A stretch of DNA of 40,746 nucleotides from a virus (Duplodnaviria > Caudoviricetes). A program made the position numbers and the translations under genes. Where the stretch lies: the IMG/VR virus record IMGVR_UViG_3300038317_000316, positions 1 to 40,746 of that record, one strand, 5' to 3'. This document shows, piece after piece, positions 17,786 to 28,425 of this stretch; the first letter of the stretch is position 1; each line of letters starts with the position of its first letter. The notes under the pieces were generated by a model, which was given only the letters and a program-made list of their open reading frames with translations, made no database searches and had not been told where the DNA came from.

Positions 17786-19393
17786 ATGCCAATGCGAAAA
17801 CTGAAAAATTATAAGCCGACGCGCTTCATGGCGAAAGCATCCTCCTATAACAAAGGAATGGCAGACTACGCAGTCATGTTCATTGAGAGCTTGACCCATA
17901 CCAAAGGAACATGGGCAGGAAAGCCTTTCGAACTGATTGACTGGCAGGAACGGATCATCCGCGACCTATTCGGTGTCTTGAAGCCAAACGGATATCGCCA
18001 GTTCAATACAGCTTACATTGAAATTCCGAAGAAAATGGGTAAGTCTGAGCTGGCCGCTGCCGTTGCTTTGCTTCTATGCTGCGGTGACGGTGAAGAACGT
18101 GCAGAGGTCTATGGCTGCGCAGCTGATCGCCAGCAGGCGACGATTGTTTTTGATGTCGCAGCTGACATGATCAGAATGTGCCCGGCGCTGAATCGGCGGA
18201 TCAAAATTCTTGCTTCTCAGAAGAGAATCATCTTTGAACCAACAAACAGCTTCTATCAGGTGCTGTCTGCAGAAGCCTACTCAAAACACGGCTTTAACAT
18301 TCACGGAGTGGTCTTTGATGAGCTGCATACACAGCCAAATCGAAAACTTTTTGATGTCATGACCAAGGGCTCCGGCGATGCAAGAATGCAGCCACTATAC
18401 TTTCTGATCACGACTGCTGGGAACGACACGAACACGATCTGCTACGAAGTTCATAAAAAAGCACAAGACATTCTTGACAGTAGAAAAATCGACCCGACTT
18501 TCTATCCGGTCATATATGGCGCTGCTCCTAATGAGGACTGGACGGATCCAAAAGTCTGGAAAAAAGCAAATCCATCGCTCGATATCACAGTTGGAATCGA
18601 CAAGGTACAGGCTGCCTGCGAATCCGCCAAGCAGAATCCCGGCGAAGAAAACGCCTTTAGACAGCTAAGACTTAATCAGTGGGTAAAGCAATCTATCCGC
18701 TGGATGCCAATGGATAAATGGGACGGCTGTGCATTCCCGGTAAGCGAGGATGATCTGGAAGGCCGTGTCTGCTATGGAGGTCTCGACCTTTCATCTACTA
18801 CAGATATAACAGCCTTCGTACTGGTCTTTCCGCCTAAAGACGAAAGCGACAAATATGTAGTTCTTCCGTTTTTCTGGGTACCGGAGGATACCCTCGACCT
18901 GCGCGTTAGACGCGATCATGTGCCCTACGATCTCTGGGAAAAACAAGGCTTCCTCGAAACAACGGAAGGTAATGTCATCCACTATGGATACATTGAAAAG
19001 TTCATCGAGAATCTTGGCGAGCGATTCAATATCCGTGAGATTGCCTTCGACCGCTGGGGAGCCGTCCAGATGGTACAGAACCTCGAGGGCATGGGCTTTA
19101 CAGTAGTTCCTTTTGGACAAGGTTTTAAAGATATGAGTCCTCCCACAAAAGAACTCATGAAACTGACCCTTGAGAAACGTATCGCTCACGGCGGTCACCC
19201 GGTACTTCGATGGATGATGGATAATATCTTCATCAGAACAGACCCAGCTGGAAATATCAAAGCCGACAAGGAAAAATCCACAGAGAAAATTGATGGCGTC
19301 ATAGCGACCATTATGGCGCTTGACCGTGCAATTCGCTGTGGTAATGACAACGATGCATCTGTGTACGACAGCAGAGGCATTCTTTTTATTTAA
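17786..19393 (+). CDS. terL: Terminase large subunit
   Basis: Walker A IPKKMGKSE; Walker B VVFDELH; ITTAG; GGLDLSST; KIDG. Confidence 0.95.
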   Translation: MPMRKLKNYKPTRFMAKASSYNKGMADYAVMFIESLTHTKGTWAGKPFELIDWQERIIRDLFGVLKPNGYRQFNTAYIEIPKKMGKSELAAAVALLLCCGDGEERAEVYGCAADRQQATIVFDVAADMIRMCPALNRRIKILASQKRIIFEPTNSFYQVLSAEAYSKHGFNIHGVVFDELHTQPNRKLFDVMTKGSGDARMQPLYFLITTAGNDTNTICYEVHKKAQDILDSRKIDPTFYPVIYGAAPNEDWTDPKVWKKANPSLDITVGIDKVQAACESAKQNPGEENAFRQLRLNQWVKQSIRWMPMDKWDGCAFPVSEDDLEGRVCYGGLDLSSTTDITAFVLVFPPKDESDKYVVLPFFWVPEDTLDLRVRRDHVPYDLWEKQGFLETTEGNVIHYGYIEKFIENLGERFNIREIAFDRWGAVQMVQNLEGMGFTVVPFGQGFKDMSPPTKELMKLTLEKRIAHGGHPVLRWMMDNIFIRTDPAGNIKADKEKSTEKIDGVIATIMALDRAIRCGNDNDASVYDSRGILFI

Positions 19394-19453
19394 AACAGAC
19401 AATGATTCATCTCTTGTTATCTAAAGAGATACGAACGAAATGGAGGTGCAATT

Positions 19454-20791
19454 ATGAGCATATTTTCCGGACTTTTTAGAAGCCGTGACAAGCCTAAGGA
19501 TACAACGACCGGCAGTGCCTATCGTTTTTTCTTTGGAGGCACTACCTCCGGAAAGACAGTGACTGAGCGTTCAGCCATGCAAATGACAGCCGTTTACTCC
19601 TGCGTCAGAATTCTCTCTGAGGCGGTAGCAGGACTTCCGCTTCATCTGTATAAAAACGATAAAAACGGCAGCAAGGAAAAAGCAACCGATCATCCACTTT
19701 ATTTTATCCTGCACGATGAACCAAATCCGGAAATGACATCATTTGTATTCCGAGAAACTCTCATGACGCACTTACTTCTCTGGGGCAACGCTTACGCCCA
19801 GATCATCCGGAACGGGAAAGGTGAAATTGTAGCACTCTATCCACTCATGCCTAACCGCATGACTGTTGACCGCGACGCGGATGACCATCTTTATTACCAA
19901 TATCAGACCTCGCAGGATGAAGCGCACACAATGGACGGAAGTCTTGTCATACTCAGTCCTTACGATGTGCTGCACATTCCAGGTCTTGGCTTTGACGGAT
20001 TGGTAGGATATTCGCCTATTGCGATGGCCAAGAACTCTATTGGTATGGCAATCGCCTGTGAAGAATATGGTGCGAAGTTTTTTGCAAATGGTGCAACACC
20101 AAGCGGCATTCTTGAACACCCCGGCGTTGTAAAAGACCCGGAGCGAGTAAGAGAAAGCTGGAACACAGCTTTTGGCGGCAGCTCCAACTCAAATAAAGTG
20201 GCCGTTCTTGAGGAAGGCATGAAATACACGCCTATTTCTATTTCACCGGAACAAGCGCAATTCTTAGAGACTAGGAAGTTTCAGATTGATGAAATTGCAC
20301 GAATTTTCCGTATTCCACCACACATGATCGGTGATCTTGAGAAATCAAGTTTTTCCAATATAGAACAGCAGTCATTGGAATTTGTTAAATACACACTTGA
20401 CCCGTGGGTATGCCGCTGGGAGCAATCCATGCAGCGTGCGCTCCTAAAGCCCGAAGAAAAAAGTCAGTACTTCTTTAAGTTCAATGTGGATGGTCTTTTG
20501 CGTGGTGATTACCAAAGCCGCATGAATGGCTATGCAACAGGACGTCAGAATGGATGGATGTCTGCAAATGATATCCGCGAACTTGAGAACCTTGACCGTA
20601 TTCCGGAGGAAGAAGGCGGCGATCTATATCTCATCAATGGAAATATGACAAAACTCAAAGATGCCGGCATTTTTGCTGCCACATCATCAACCGAGGAGAA
20701 TGCTGATGAAACACCAAAAGAAGAATTACAACAAGAGCCGGAAGAATCAACGCAAGATGACCGGTTCAAAAGAAAGAAGGAGAAACTATGA
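19454..20791 (+). CDS. Portal protein (HK97 family)
   Basis: AVYSCVRILSE, LLLWGNAY, G.SPI, IARIFRIPPHMIG. Confidence 0.95.
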   Translation: MSIFSGLFRSRDKPKDTTTGSAYRFFFGGTTSGKTVTERSAMQMTAVYSCVRILSEAVAGLPLHLYKNDKNGSKEKATDHPLYFILHDEPNPEMTSFVFRETLMTHLLLWGNAYAQIIRNGKGEIVALYPLMPNRMTVDRDADDHLYYQYQTSQDEAHTMDGSLVILSPYDVLHIPGLGFDGLVGYSPIAMAKNSIGMAIACEEYGAKFFANGATPSGILEHPGVVKDPERVRESWNTAFGGSSNSNKVAVLEEGMKYTPISISPEQAQFLETRKFQIDEIARIFRIPPHMIGDLEKSSFSNIEQQSLEFVKYTLDPWVCRWEQSMQRALLKPEEKSQYFFKFNVDGLLRGDYQSRMNGYATGRQNGWMSANDIRELENLDRIPEEEGGDLYLINGNMTKLKDAGIFAATSSTEENADETPKEELQQEPEESTQDDRFKRKKEKL

Positions 20792-21516
20792 CCAGAAAGT
20801 TTTGGAACTGGGTGCGAAACGAAGAACCGGATTCGTTCGGCAGCGACCGTACGCTTTACCTCGACGGAGAAATTTCCGATGAGACATGGTATGGCGATGA
20901 AATTACTCCCGCACTCTTTAAAAAGGATCTTGATGCTGGTGACGGAAATATCACGCTCTGGATCAATTCACCCGGCGGAGACGTATTCGCCGCTGCACAG
21001 ATTTACAACCTGCTTATGGATTATCCGCATGATGTAACGGTCAAGATTGATGCTCTTGCGGCTTCAGCTGCATCTGTCATTGCTATGGCCGGGACAAAAG
21101 TATACATGAGCCCGGTGGCCATGCTGATGATCCATAACCCCGCAACTATCGCAATCGGGGACAGCGAGGAAATGCAAAAAGCCATCGATATGCTTTCCGA
21201 AGTTAAGGAATCCATTATGAACGCTTATGAAATCAAATCCGGGCTTTCCCGTGCGAAGATCTCAAAGCTCATGGATGCAGAGACATGGATGAATGCCAAG
21301 GAAGCTAAAAAGCTTGGCTTTGCAGATGAGATTTTGTTTTCCGGCAGTGAGCAGCCTTTGCCGGAAGAAAGCGACACTGTGGAGATGCTTTTCTCACGTA
21401 AGGCTGTTACAGATTCACTGCTTTCCCGGCTGATTCCGAAGGAAAAACCAAAAGCACATAAACATACGGTACCTGTTACCGAACTCAAGAAGCGCCTTTC
21501 GCTTCTTACACATTAA
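20788..21516 (+). CDS. ClpP-type prohead maturation protease
   Basis: INSPGGDV, AASAAS, MIHNP, ETWM.A.EA...GFAD. Confidence 0.93.
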   Translation: MTRKFWNWVRNEEPDSFGSDRTLYLDGEISDETWYGDEITPALFKKDLDAGDGNITLWINSPGGDVFAAAQIYNLLMDYPHDVTVKIDALAASAASVIAMAGTKVYMSPVAMLMIHNPATIAIGDSEEMQKAIDMLSEVKESIMNAYEIKSGLSRAKISKLMDAETWMNAKEAKKLGFADEILFSGSEQPLPEESDTVEMLFSRKAVTDSLLSRLIPKEKPKAHKHTVPVTELKKRLSLLTH

Positions 21517-21532
21517 AGGAGGATTTATTATT

Positions 21533-22738
21533 ATGACTCAGATTATGGAACTTATGGACAAAAGAGCAAAGGCGTGGAATGCAGCTAAGTCATTCCTCGA
21601 TACCCACTCTCAAAACGGAGGTCAGGTATCCGATGAAGATGCCGCAACTTACGACAAAATGGAGAAAGAAGTAACAGACCTCACACACGACATTGAACGC
21701 TTGCAGCGTCAGGAAGAGATCGACAAGATGATGAACGCTCCGACCTCTTCTCCGCTTACCGGAAAGCCTGGTGCTAAAGATGAACCGGATGATAAATCCG
21801 GCATTGCTTCCAAGGCATACAAGACAGCATTCTGGGACAACATCCGTAAGCGTAATTATTTCGACGTAAAAAACGTACTTGAAATAGGCACGGATGCTAA
21901 TGGAGGTTACCTTGTCCCGGATGAGTATGAAAAGACTTTGATTGATGCTTTGCAGGACGAGAACTTCTTCCGTACACTTGCCACTGTTATTCAGACCCAG
22001 TCCGGCACACATTCCATTCCTGTCGTTGCTTCTCATGGTACCGCAGCCTGGATGGATGAAAACGGTCTCTATCCGGAATCGGATGACACCTTTGATCAGA
22101 TTAGCCTATCGGCCTATAAGCTTGGTACAGCAATCAAGGTATCTGAAGAACTCATGAATGACTCCGTGTTCGATCTCGAAGCATATATCTCAGCTGAGTT
22201 TGCTCGCAGAATCGGAGCTGCAGAAGAGGCAGCATTCCTTACAGGTGATGGTAACAAAAAGCCGGAAGGAGTATTTACCAAAGTGACTGCCACAACCGGC
22301 GCAACAACGGAGATTGCCAATACAACGATTTCTTTTGATGCAATTATGGATGTGTTCCATTCACTTCGCAGTGTTTACAGAAACAAAGCCATCTGGATCT
22401 TGAATGACACCACCATCAAGGCTCTTCGCAAGATCAAGGACAACAACGGCAATTATATCTGGCAGCCTTCTGTTGTTGCAGGCCAGCCTGATACAATCCT
22501 CAATCGCCCGTACAAGACCAGCATCTATGCTCCAGAGCTTGCGGCAGGAAATACACCGATTCTTTTCGGAGACTTCAGCTACTACTGGATTGCAGATCGT
22601 CAGGGACGTTCTTTCAAACGTCTTTCTGAGCTCTATGCAGCAAACGGTCAGATTGGTTTCCTTGCATCTGAACGTGTCGACGGAAAGCTCATTCTGCCGG
22701 AAGCAGTCAAAGGTCTTTCTGTAAAAGCATCAGCTTAA
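21533..22738 (+). CDS. Major capsid protein (HK97 fold)
   Basis: N-terminal coiled-coil delta domain, GGYLVP, FLTGDG..KP.G, FGDFSYY, RVDGK. Confidence 0.95.
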   Translation: MTQIMELMDKRAKAWNAAKSFLDTHSQNGGQVSDEDAATYDKMEKEVTDLTHDIERLQRQEEIDKMMNAPTSSPLTGKPGAKDEPDDKSGIASKAYKTAFWDNIRKRNYFDVKNVLEIGTDANGGYLVPDEYEKTLIDALQDENFFRTLATVIQTQSGTHSIPVVASHGTAAWMDENGLYPESDDTFDQISLSAYKLGTAIKVSEELMNDSVFDLEAYISAEFARRIGAAEEAAFLTGDGNKKPEGVFTKVTATTGATTEIANTTISFDAIMDVFHSLRSVYRNKAIWILNDTTIKALRKIKDNNGNYIWQPSVVAGQPDTILNRPYKTSIYAPELAAGNTPILFGDFSYYWIADRQGRSFKRLSELYAANGQIGFLASERVDGKLILPEAVKGLSVKASA

Positions 22739-22752
22739 ACACCTATTTTGAT

Positions 22753-22793
22753 AAGCCGTCCGCACGTTTTTTTCTGCGGGCGGCTCAACTTTT
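22753..22793 (+). terminator. Hairpin/terminator after the capsid gene
   Basis: AGCCGTCCGCA...TGCGGGCGGCT followed by CAACTTTT. Confidence 0.55.
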
Positions 22794-22806
22794 AAGGAGG
22801 CGGACT

Positions 22807-23094
22807 ATGGAAGTAACACTTGAAGAAGCCAAGACATACCTCCGTGTAAATACAAATGATGAAGATGACCTGATTCAAAGCCTTATATCCGCTGCTGAAA
22901 AGCAGGTTCAAGACATCACCAGACAATCTGATGATGAGTTTATGGCAAATGAGGAAAAGGCGCTGATCCGCATCCGGATAGCTGTGTTATATACCGTAGC
23001 TTATCTTTATGAGCACCGCGAGGAAGCTGACCATCATGCACTGAATCTGACACTTCGTGATCTTCTCTTCGGTACCCGGAAGGAGGGCTTCTGA
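22807..23094 (+). CDS. Head-tail connector (gp6-like)
   Basis: TLEEAK.YLRV...DED.LI; YLYEHRE. Confidence 0.88.
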   Translation: MEVTLEEAKTYLRVNTNDEDDLIQSLISAAEKQVQDITRQSDDEFMANEEKALIRIRIAVLYTVAYLYEHREEADHHALNLTLRDLLFGTRKEGF

Positions 23095-23432
23095 TGAACA
23101 TAGCAGCTATGCGCGTGCATATTTATTTTCAGAAAAGCGATATCTTAATCGACGAATATGGAAATCACACGGCCAGCTGGACAGATTATTTCTCTTGCTT
23201 TGCAACGGTCGGAACAAGTACCGGTGCAGAATCAGAAGGCGTCGTCATTAACCCGGAAGAATCTCTGGATTTTACCTGCAGATATTGTTCTGAGCTTGCG
23301 GCGGTCGAATCAACCAAATACCAGATCATCGCTGAGGGCAAGACTTACAACATCACCTATGTGAACCCGATGGGCTATAAACATAGCAGCTTAAAATTTA
23401 ACTGCAAGCTGGATAAGGAGGCATCGTCATGA
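23094..23432 (+). CDS. Head closure / head-tail adaptor
   Basis: D.YGN....W..Y; YNI..V; position. Confidence 0.82.
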   Translation: MNIAAMRVHIYFQKSDILIDEYGNHTASWTDYFSCFATVGTSTGAESEGVVINPEESLDFTCRYCSELAAVESTKYQIIAEGKTYNITYVNPMGYKHSSLKFNCKLDKEASS

Positions 23433-23812
23433 GTCAGACTATATCTGTTGACCAAATGGGAGATGCAATTATGGACGAACTCGAAAAATATGCCGATCTT
23501 GCTGCAGATGACCTAAAAGATGCAGTCAAAGAGACCGCTGCTTCCGTCCGTAAAGATATACAGGCAAATGCTCCGGTTGATACCGGAAAATACAAGAAAT
23601 CATGGTCTGTAAAGAATGTACACGAAGATTCTGAAAGCATTGATCTTGTAGTACATTCCAAAAATCGATATCAGATTGCGCATCTACTTGAACATGGACA
23701 CGCAAAACGTGGAGGCGGCAGAGTTCCTGCAAAACCCCATATTGCTTCTGCCGAGGAACGCGGGAACGAAAAATTAGTGCAAACCATCGAGCAGAAACTG
23801 AAAGGCAGCTGA
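23429..23812 (+). CDS. HK97 gp10-like neck protein
   Basis: APVDTG.Y.KSW; HLLEHGH; PHI. Confidence 0.85.
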   Translation: MSQTISVDQMGDAIMDELEKYADLAADDLKDAVKETAASVRKDIQANAPVDTGKYKKSWSVKNVHEDSESIDLVVHSKNRYQIAHLLEHGHAKRGGGRVPAKPHIASAEERGNEKLVQTIEQKLKGS

Positions 23813-23813
23813 T

Positions 23814-24143
23814 ATGACATATAACGATGTAATCTCAATGCTTGAGGAAGCAGACTTACCGCTTGCCTACGACCATTTTGCCGAAGGTGAAGCATCCGAT
23901 CCGCCCTTCCTCATTTTTCTATTTCCGGGCTCAGATAACGTGTTTGCTGATGACACAGTTTTTCAAAAGATTGATGAACTAAACATTGAGCTATACACGG
24001 ATAAGAAAGATCCGGATACGGAAACAAAAATTGAAAATATTCTGATCTCCCATGACCTTCCTTATGAAAAGTCGGAAGTCTGGATTGAATCAGAAAAGAT
24101 GTACGAAGTTCTTTATCAAACACAGATCATTTATGGAGGTTAA
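23814..24143 (+). CDS. Putative tail completion/terminator protein
   Basis: Position before the major tail gene; IELYTDKKD. Confidence 0.7.
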   Translation: MTYNDVISMLEEADLPLAYDHFAEGEASDPPFLIFLFPGSDNVFADDTVFQKIDELNIELYTDKKDPDTETKIENILISHDLPYEKSEVWIESEKMYEVLYQTQIIYGG

Positions 24144-24148
24144 TGAAA

Positions 24149-24745
24149 ATGGCTAATAAAAAGAACAAGGTCAAATTTGGCCTTAAAAACTGCCACTATG
24201 CACTTGCAACCCTTGCTGAAGACGGCACCGTCACATTTGGCACACCTGTTGCAATGCCCGGTGCGGTATCCCTTTCACTAGATGCAGAGGGTGAAAACGA
24301 TCCTTTCTATGCGGACGATTCCGTATATTACATGGTCAGCAACAACAATGGTTATTCCGGTGACTTCGAACTTGCTCTGATCCCGGAAAGCTTTCTCACA
24401 GACATCATGCATGAAACCGAAGATGCCAACGGCGTCATTGTAGAGAATAAGGACGTTGAGCCTGAGCACTTCGCGCTTCTCTTTGAATTCTCCGGAGACC
24501 AAAACAAAATCCGTCATTGCATGTATTACTGCAGCGCAACCAGGCCTTCTGTTACCGGCAGCACAAAGGAAGATTCTACCGAGGTACAGACAGAAACTTT
24601 GTCTCTGACGGTTTCTCCGCTTCCATCCGGGCTCGTCAAAGTCAAAACCGGAACAAATACCAGTGGCACAATATATGAGGCATGGTACAACGCAGTCTAT
24701 GAGCCAAGCGCATCTAAAGAAACCAGTACCACTGAAACGGAATAA
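24149..24745 (+). CDS. Major tail protein (phi13-like family)
   Basis: NKVKFGLKN.HYA, PGAVSLSL, FYADD, GYSGDFELA, FALLFEF.GD. Confidence 0.9.
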   Translation: MANKKNKVKFGLKNCHYALATLAEDGTVTFGTPVAMPGAVSLSLDAEGENDPFYADDSVYYMVSNNNGYSGDFELALIPESFLTDIMHETEDANGVIVENKDVEPEHFALLFEFSGDQNKIRHCMYYCSATRPSVTGSTKEDSTEVQTETLSLTVSPLPSGLVKVKTGTNTSGTIYEAWYNAVYEPSASKETSTTETE

Positions 24746-24756
24746 GGAGGCATGGC

Positions 24757-25134
24757 ATGGCTGTAACAAAAACAGTATCGATTGATGGTAAAGAAGTGCA
24801 ATTTCGAGCTTCTGCCGCCATCCCGAGACTATATAGAAACAAGTTTCATCGTGATATCTACAAAGACCTGAACGAGCTGCAGAAAGGCATCGATGCCAAT
24901 GATCCCGAAAGCTCGAGTCTGGATACTTTCTCGCTGGAGTTATTCGAGAATATTGCGTGGCTCATGGCAAAACATGCTGATTCCGCTGTCCCGGATACGC
25001 CTGAGGATTGGCTTGACCAGTTCAACACTTTTTCCATTTACGAGATCCTGCCACAGATCATTGAACTTTGGGGACTCAATGTAGAACAGCAGGTTGAATC
25101 TAAAAAAAACATCACAACACGGAGCGGGAAATGA
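24757..25134 (+). CDS. Tail assembly chaperone (gpG-like)
   Basis: Between the major tail and tape measure genes; ends at a slippery A8 run. Confidence 0.85.
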   Translation: MAVTKTVSIDGKEVQFRASAAIPRLYRNKFHRDIYKDLNELQKGIDANDPESSSLDTFSLELFENIAWLMAKHADSAVPDTPEDWLDQFNTFSIYEILPQIIELWGLNVEQQVESKKNITTRSGK

Positions 25135-25295
25135 CAACCCCGCTCTTTTTACTCCGGTGTGTACAAATCGGGCTCTCCATATCCGAGCTCGACCTGCTAA
25201 CCATCGGAACTGTCAATGATATGTATTCAGAAATGTCCAATGATGACTACTCATATGCGGAAGTCGCATCACAGTCCGACATGGATCGATTTTAA
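25131..25295 (+). CDS. Tail assembly chaperone C-terminal extension (gpT-like, -1 frame); missing from the ORF track
   Basis: MTTPLFLLRCVQIGLSISELDLLTIG...QSDMDRF*; its frame is open back to TCTAAAAAAAAC at 25099-25110. Confidence 0.75.
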   Translation: MTTPLFLLRCVQIGLSISELDLLTIGTVNDMYSEMSNDDYSYAEVASQSDMDRF

Positions 25296-25319
25296 ACCTT
25301 GTAGAAAGGAGGTCGCTAT

Positions 25320-28046
25320 ATGGTTGACAGGATAAATGGCATCACTGTTGAGATTGGCGGCGATACGACCGGTCTTTCGAAGGCACTATCTGGTGTCAAT
25401 AAAGAAATCAAAACAACGCAGGCGCAGCTGAAGGATGTAAATAAGCTCCTAAAGCTTGATCCTACGAATACCACTCTGCTTGAGCAGAAACAGAAGCTCC
25501 TGAAGCAGGCAGTCTCGGAAACCAAAGATAAACTCACTCAACTGAAGTCTGTGCAAGACCAAATGGATGCTGGACTAAAAAACGGTACCGTTACCCAGCA
25601 GCAATACGATGCATGGCAGCGTGAGATCATAGAAACCGAGAACGAGCTTAAAAATCTCGAACAGCAATGTAAAACCACTGATACATCTATTTCTGCCACA
25701 CTCAAAGCGACCGGTACCAAAATGCAGGAAGTTGGCGGCAAAATCTCCGGCGTCGGTACAAGCCTTACTACAGGCGTAACGGTTCCTATTGCTGCCATCG
25801 GTGCCGCCTCTCTTGCCGCATTCGGTGAAGTAGACGCGGGGCTTGATATTGTAGAGCAAAAGACCGGTGCCACAGGTAAATCCCTGGAAGAAATGAACCA
25901 GATCGTAAAAGACCTCGCCACGGAGATACCGACCGACTTTGAAACTGCCGGTGCCGCAGTCGGCGAGGTAAATACCCGTTTCGGTCTGACCAGTCAGGCT
26001 CTTGATGACCTCTCTGCAAAATTTATTAAATTTGCCCAGCTGAACGATACCGACGTATCCACTTCTGTTGATAACGTTTCGTCTGTTATGAATGCTTTTG
26101 GTATGGATGCAAGTGAAGCAGACAGCCTCTTAGATGCACTTAATGCGACCGGGCAGGCTACCGGTATCAATATGGATACCCTTGCCGGATCACTTTCTAC
26201 AAATGCAGTCCAGCTCAAAGAAATGGGACTTACAGCCCAAGAAGCAGCCGGCTTTATGGGTATGGTCGAGATGTCTGGTCTTGATACTTCTGCCGCCATG
26301 ATGGGACTAAAAACCGCCATGAAGAACGCAACGAAAGATGGGCAGACACTGGATCAGGCTCTTTCCGGGTTTTCTGAAACTATGAAGGGTAATGGCTCTG
26401 AAACAGAAAAGCTGCAGGCAGCTTATGATCTTTTCGGAAGCAAAGCAGGTGCAGCTATTTACAATGCTGTTCAAACAGGGAAACTGAATCTTGATGATCT
26501 TTCCGGATCTCTGGGTGATTTTGAAGGAAGTGTGGAAAGCACCTTTAATGAAACCCTAGACCCGATTGATCAGTTTCAGATGACTCTAAACTCCTTAAAA
26601 GAAACTGGTGCTGAGATTGGAAACAGTCTCGCAACCGTTCTTGCTCCGGTACTAAAAGACATTTCTGCAGTGCTGAATGGCTTTGCCGAGATGTGGAGTA
26701 ATATTCCGGCACCAATTCAGGAAACCATCGTAAAGATTGCCCTTGTTGCTGCAGTTATCGGCCCAATTCTTGTGGTCGTCGGCAAGATCATATCCGCAGT
26801 AGGAACCATCATGACGATCATTCCGCAGGTTTCCGCTGCAATCGGAGTAGTAAAGGGCGCGATGCTCGCTTTAAATGCGACTATGCTGGCAAATCCGATT
26901 GTCCTTATCATAGCTGCAATTACAGCCCTTGTTGCTGCTTTTATCTATTTATGGAACACCAATGAAGGCTTCAGGCAATTCTGGATTGACCTTTGGGAAA
27001 CCATAAAGCAGGCTGTTGTCACTGCATGGGAAGCAATCAAGGAATTCTTCTCTACCATATGGGATACGATCAAAGGAATCTTTGAGACTGCAGTAACAGC
27101 AATTAGCACGTTCCTTACGACAGCATGGACAGCAATCACAACTACGGTGCAGACGGTTTTCAACGGGATCAAGACCTTCTTTGAAACCATCTGGAATGCC
27201 ATAAAAACTGTATTTGAAACTGTGTTTATTGCAATTCAGACTGTCATTACCACATATTTCAATATCTATAAAACGATCATTGAAACTGTCCTCACCGCCA
27301 TACAGATTGTTGTCACGACGATATGGAATGCAATAAAAACGGTAATAACAACCGTTGTCACAGCCATTCAGACCTTCATCACGACAGCGTGGAATGCGAT
27401 AAAGACGACCGTCAGCACGGTGATGAACGCTATCAAAACCGTGGTGTCTACCGTCTGGAATGGCATAAAAACGACGATTATGACAGTCGTAAATACTGTG
27501 AAAAACGGTATTTCCACAGCCTTTAATGCCATAAAGAGTACGATAACGAACATTTTAAGTGGCATCAAAAATACCGTGTCAAATGTATTTAACGGGATTT
27601 GGAACTTCATATCGGGCATCGTAAATAAGCTCAAAAATGTATTCAACTTCCATTGGGAACTTCCAAAGATCAAGCTACCTCACTTTTCTATTTCAGGCAG
27701 CTTCTCGCTGAACCCTCCGTCCATCCCGCACTTCTCAGTGGAATGGTATAAAAAGGCTATGGGAAAAGGTATGATCCTTGATTCTCCGACCATCTTCGGA
27801 ATGAGTGGCAATACGCTGCTTGGAGGCGGTGAAGCCGGAGCAGAAGCTATTGTCGGCGTAGATTCTCTTCGAACGATGATTCAGGAATCTGTAGCAAGTC
27901 AAACCTCAGCTATCGTTACCGCTCTTGCGGGCAGCGGAACCACCGGAGGTGATATTACAATTCCAGTTTATCTTGGAGGCACACTGCTTGACGAAACAAT
28001 CGTCACCGCCCAACAGCGTATGGCACTCCGGTCAGGAGGCAGATGA
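25320..28046 (+). CDS. Tape measure protein
   Basis: 908 aa, Ala/Thr-rich; GITVEIGGDT N-terminus; hydrophobic segment; W/F..IK repeats with about 11-residue period. Confidence 0.93.
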   Translation: MVDRINGITVEIGGDTTGLSKALSGVNKEIKTTQAQLKDVNKLLKLDPTNTTLLEQKQKLLKQAVSETKDKLTQLKSVQDQMDAGLKNGTVTQQQYDAWQREIIETENELKNLEQQCKTTDTSISATLKATGTKMQEVGGKISGVGTSLTTGVTVPIAAIGAASLAAFGEVDAGLDIVEQKTGATGKSLEEMNQIVKDLATEIPTDFETAGAAVGEVNTRFGLTSQALDDLSAKFIKFAQLNDTDVSTSVDNVSSVMNAFGMDASEADSLLDALNATGQATGINMDTLAGSLSTNAVQLKEMGLTAQEAAGFMGMVEMSGLDTSAAMMGLKTAMKNATKDGQTLDQALSGFSETMKGNGSETEKLQAAYDLFGSKAGAAIYNAVQTGKLNLDDLSGSLGDFEGSVESTFNETLDPIDQFQMTLNSLKETGAEIGNSLATVLAPVLKDISAVLNGFAEMWSNIPAPIQETIVKIALVAAVIGPILVVVGKIISAVGTIMTIIPQVSAAIGVVKGAMLALNATMLANPIVLIIAAITALVAAFIYLWNTNEGFRQFWIDLWETIKQAVVTAWEAIKEFFSTIWDTIKGIFETAVTAISTFLTTAWTAITTTVQTVFNGIKTFFETIWNAIKTVFETVFIAIQTVITTYFNIYKTIIETVLTAIQIVVTTIWNAIKTVITTVVTAIQTFITTAWNAIKTTVSTVMNAIKTVVSTVWNGIKTTIMTVVNTVKNGISTAFNAIKSTITNILSGIKNTVSNVFNGIWNFISGIVNKLKNVFNFHWELPKIKLPHFSISGSFSLNPPSIPHFSVEWYKKAMGKGMILDSPTIFGMSGNTLLGGGEAGAEAIVGVDSLRTMIQESVASQTSAIVTALAGSGTTGGDITIPVYLGGTLLDETIVTAQQRMALRSGGR

Positions 28047-28408
28047 TGGCATTTACAAATTACCTGCGAATAGACGGAACCGAAATGCCGCTCCCGACAT
28101 CATACGACCTATCTCTTTCCGACATAGAAGCTGATTCTTCCGGAGAGACTGAGGCCGGAACCACCCAGCGCGACGTTGTCCGCGTAGGCGTGGCTGAAAT
28201 ATCTGTATCATTTCAGGTTTCTCCTACATGGCTCAAAACCCTGTCTGCCATGAGAAACAAGTCAAAACTCTCCGTTGATTTCTTTAATACAGAAACAATG
28301 GTCAGAGAGAACCGAGAAATGTATATGAAAGGATTTAAAGTCTCGCTTGCTCATGATACGAGCAAGAAAGGACTTTGGAAAGTCAGTTTTACGTTGAAAG
28401 AATACTAG
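28043..28408 (+). CDS. Putative distal tail protein
   Basis: Follows the TMP; ETEAGT..RDVVR. Confidence 0.65.
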   Translation: MMAFTNYLRIDGTEMPLPTSYDLSLSDIEADSSGETEAGTTQRDVVRVGVAEISVSFQVSPTWLKTLSAMRNKSKLSVDFFNTETMVRENREMYMKGFKVSLAHDTSKKGLWKVSFTLKEY

Positions 28409-28425
28409 AGGAAAGGAGCGGTTAT

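Noticed and set aside
14747-19402. Long antisense ORFs (e.g. 14747-15394, 18791-19402) and similar ones elsewhere
   Set aside because: They shadow well-supported + strand genes and have no SD or recognisable motifs.
19400-19450. TTCATCTC before the portal gene as a fourth copy of element A
   Set aside because: It lacks both the CGCTCAAAT and CCAGTGGAA boxes.
26950-27650. Repetitive DNA in the tape measure gene
   Set aside because: Explained by the ordinary ~11-residue W/F-x-x-I-K protein periodicity of TMPs.
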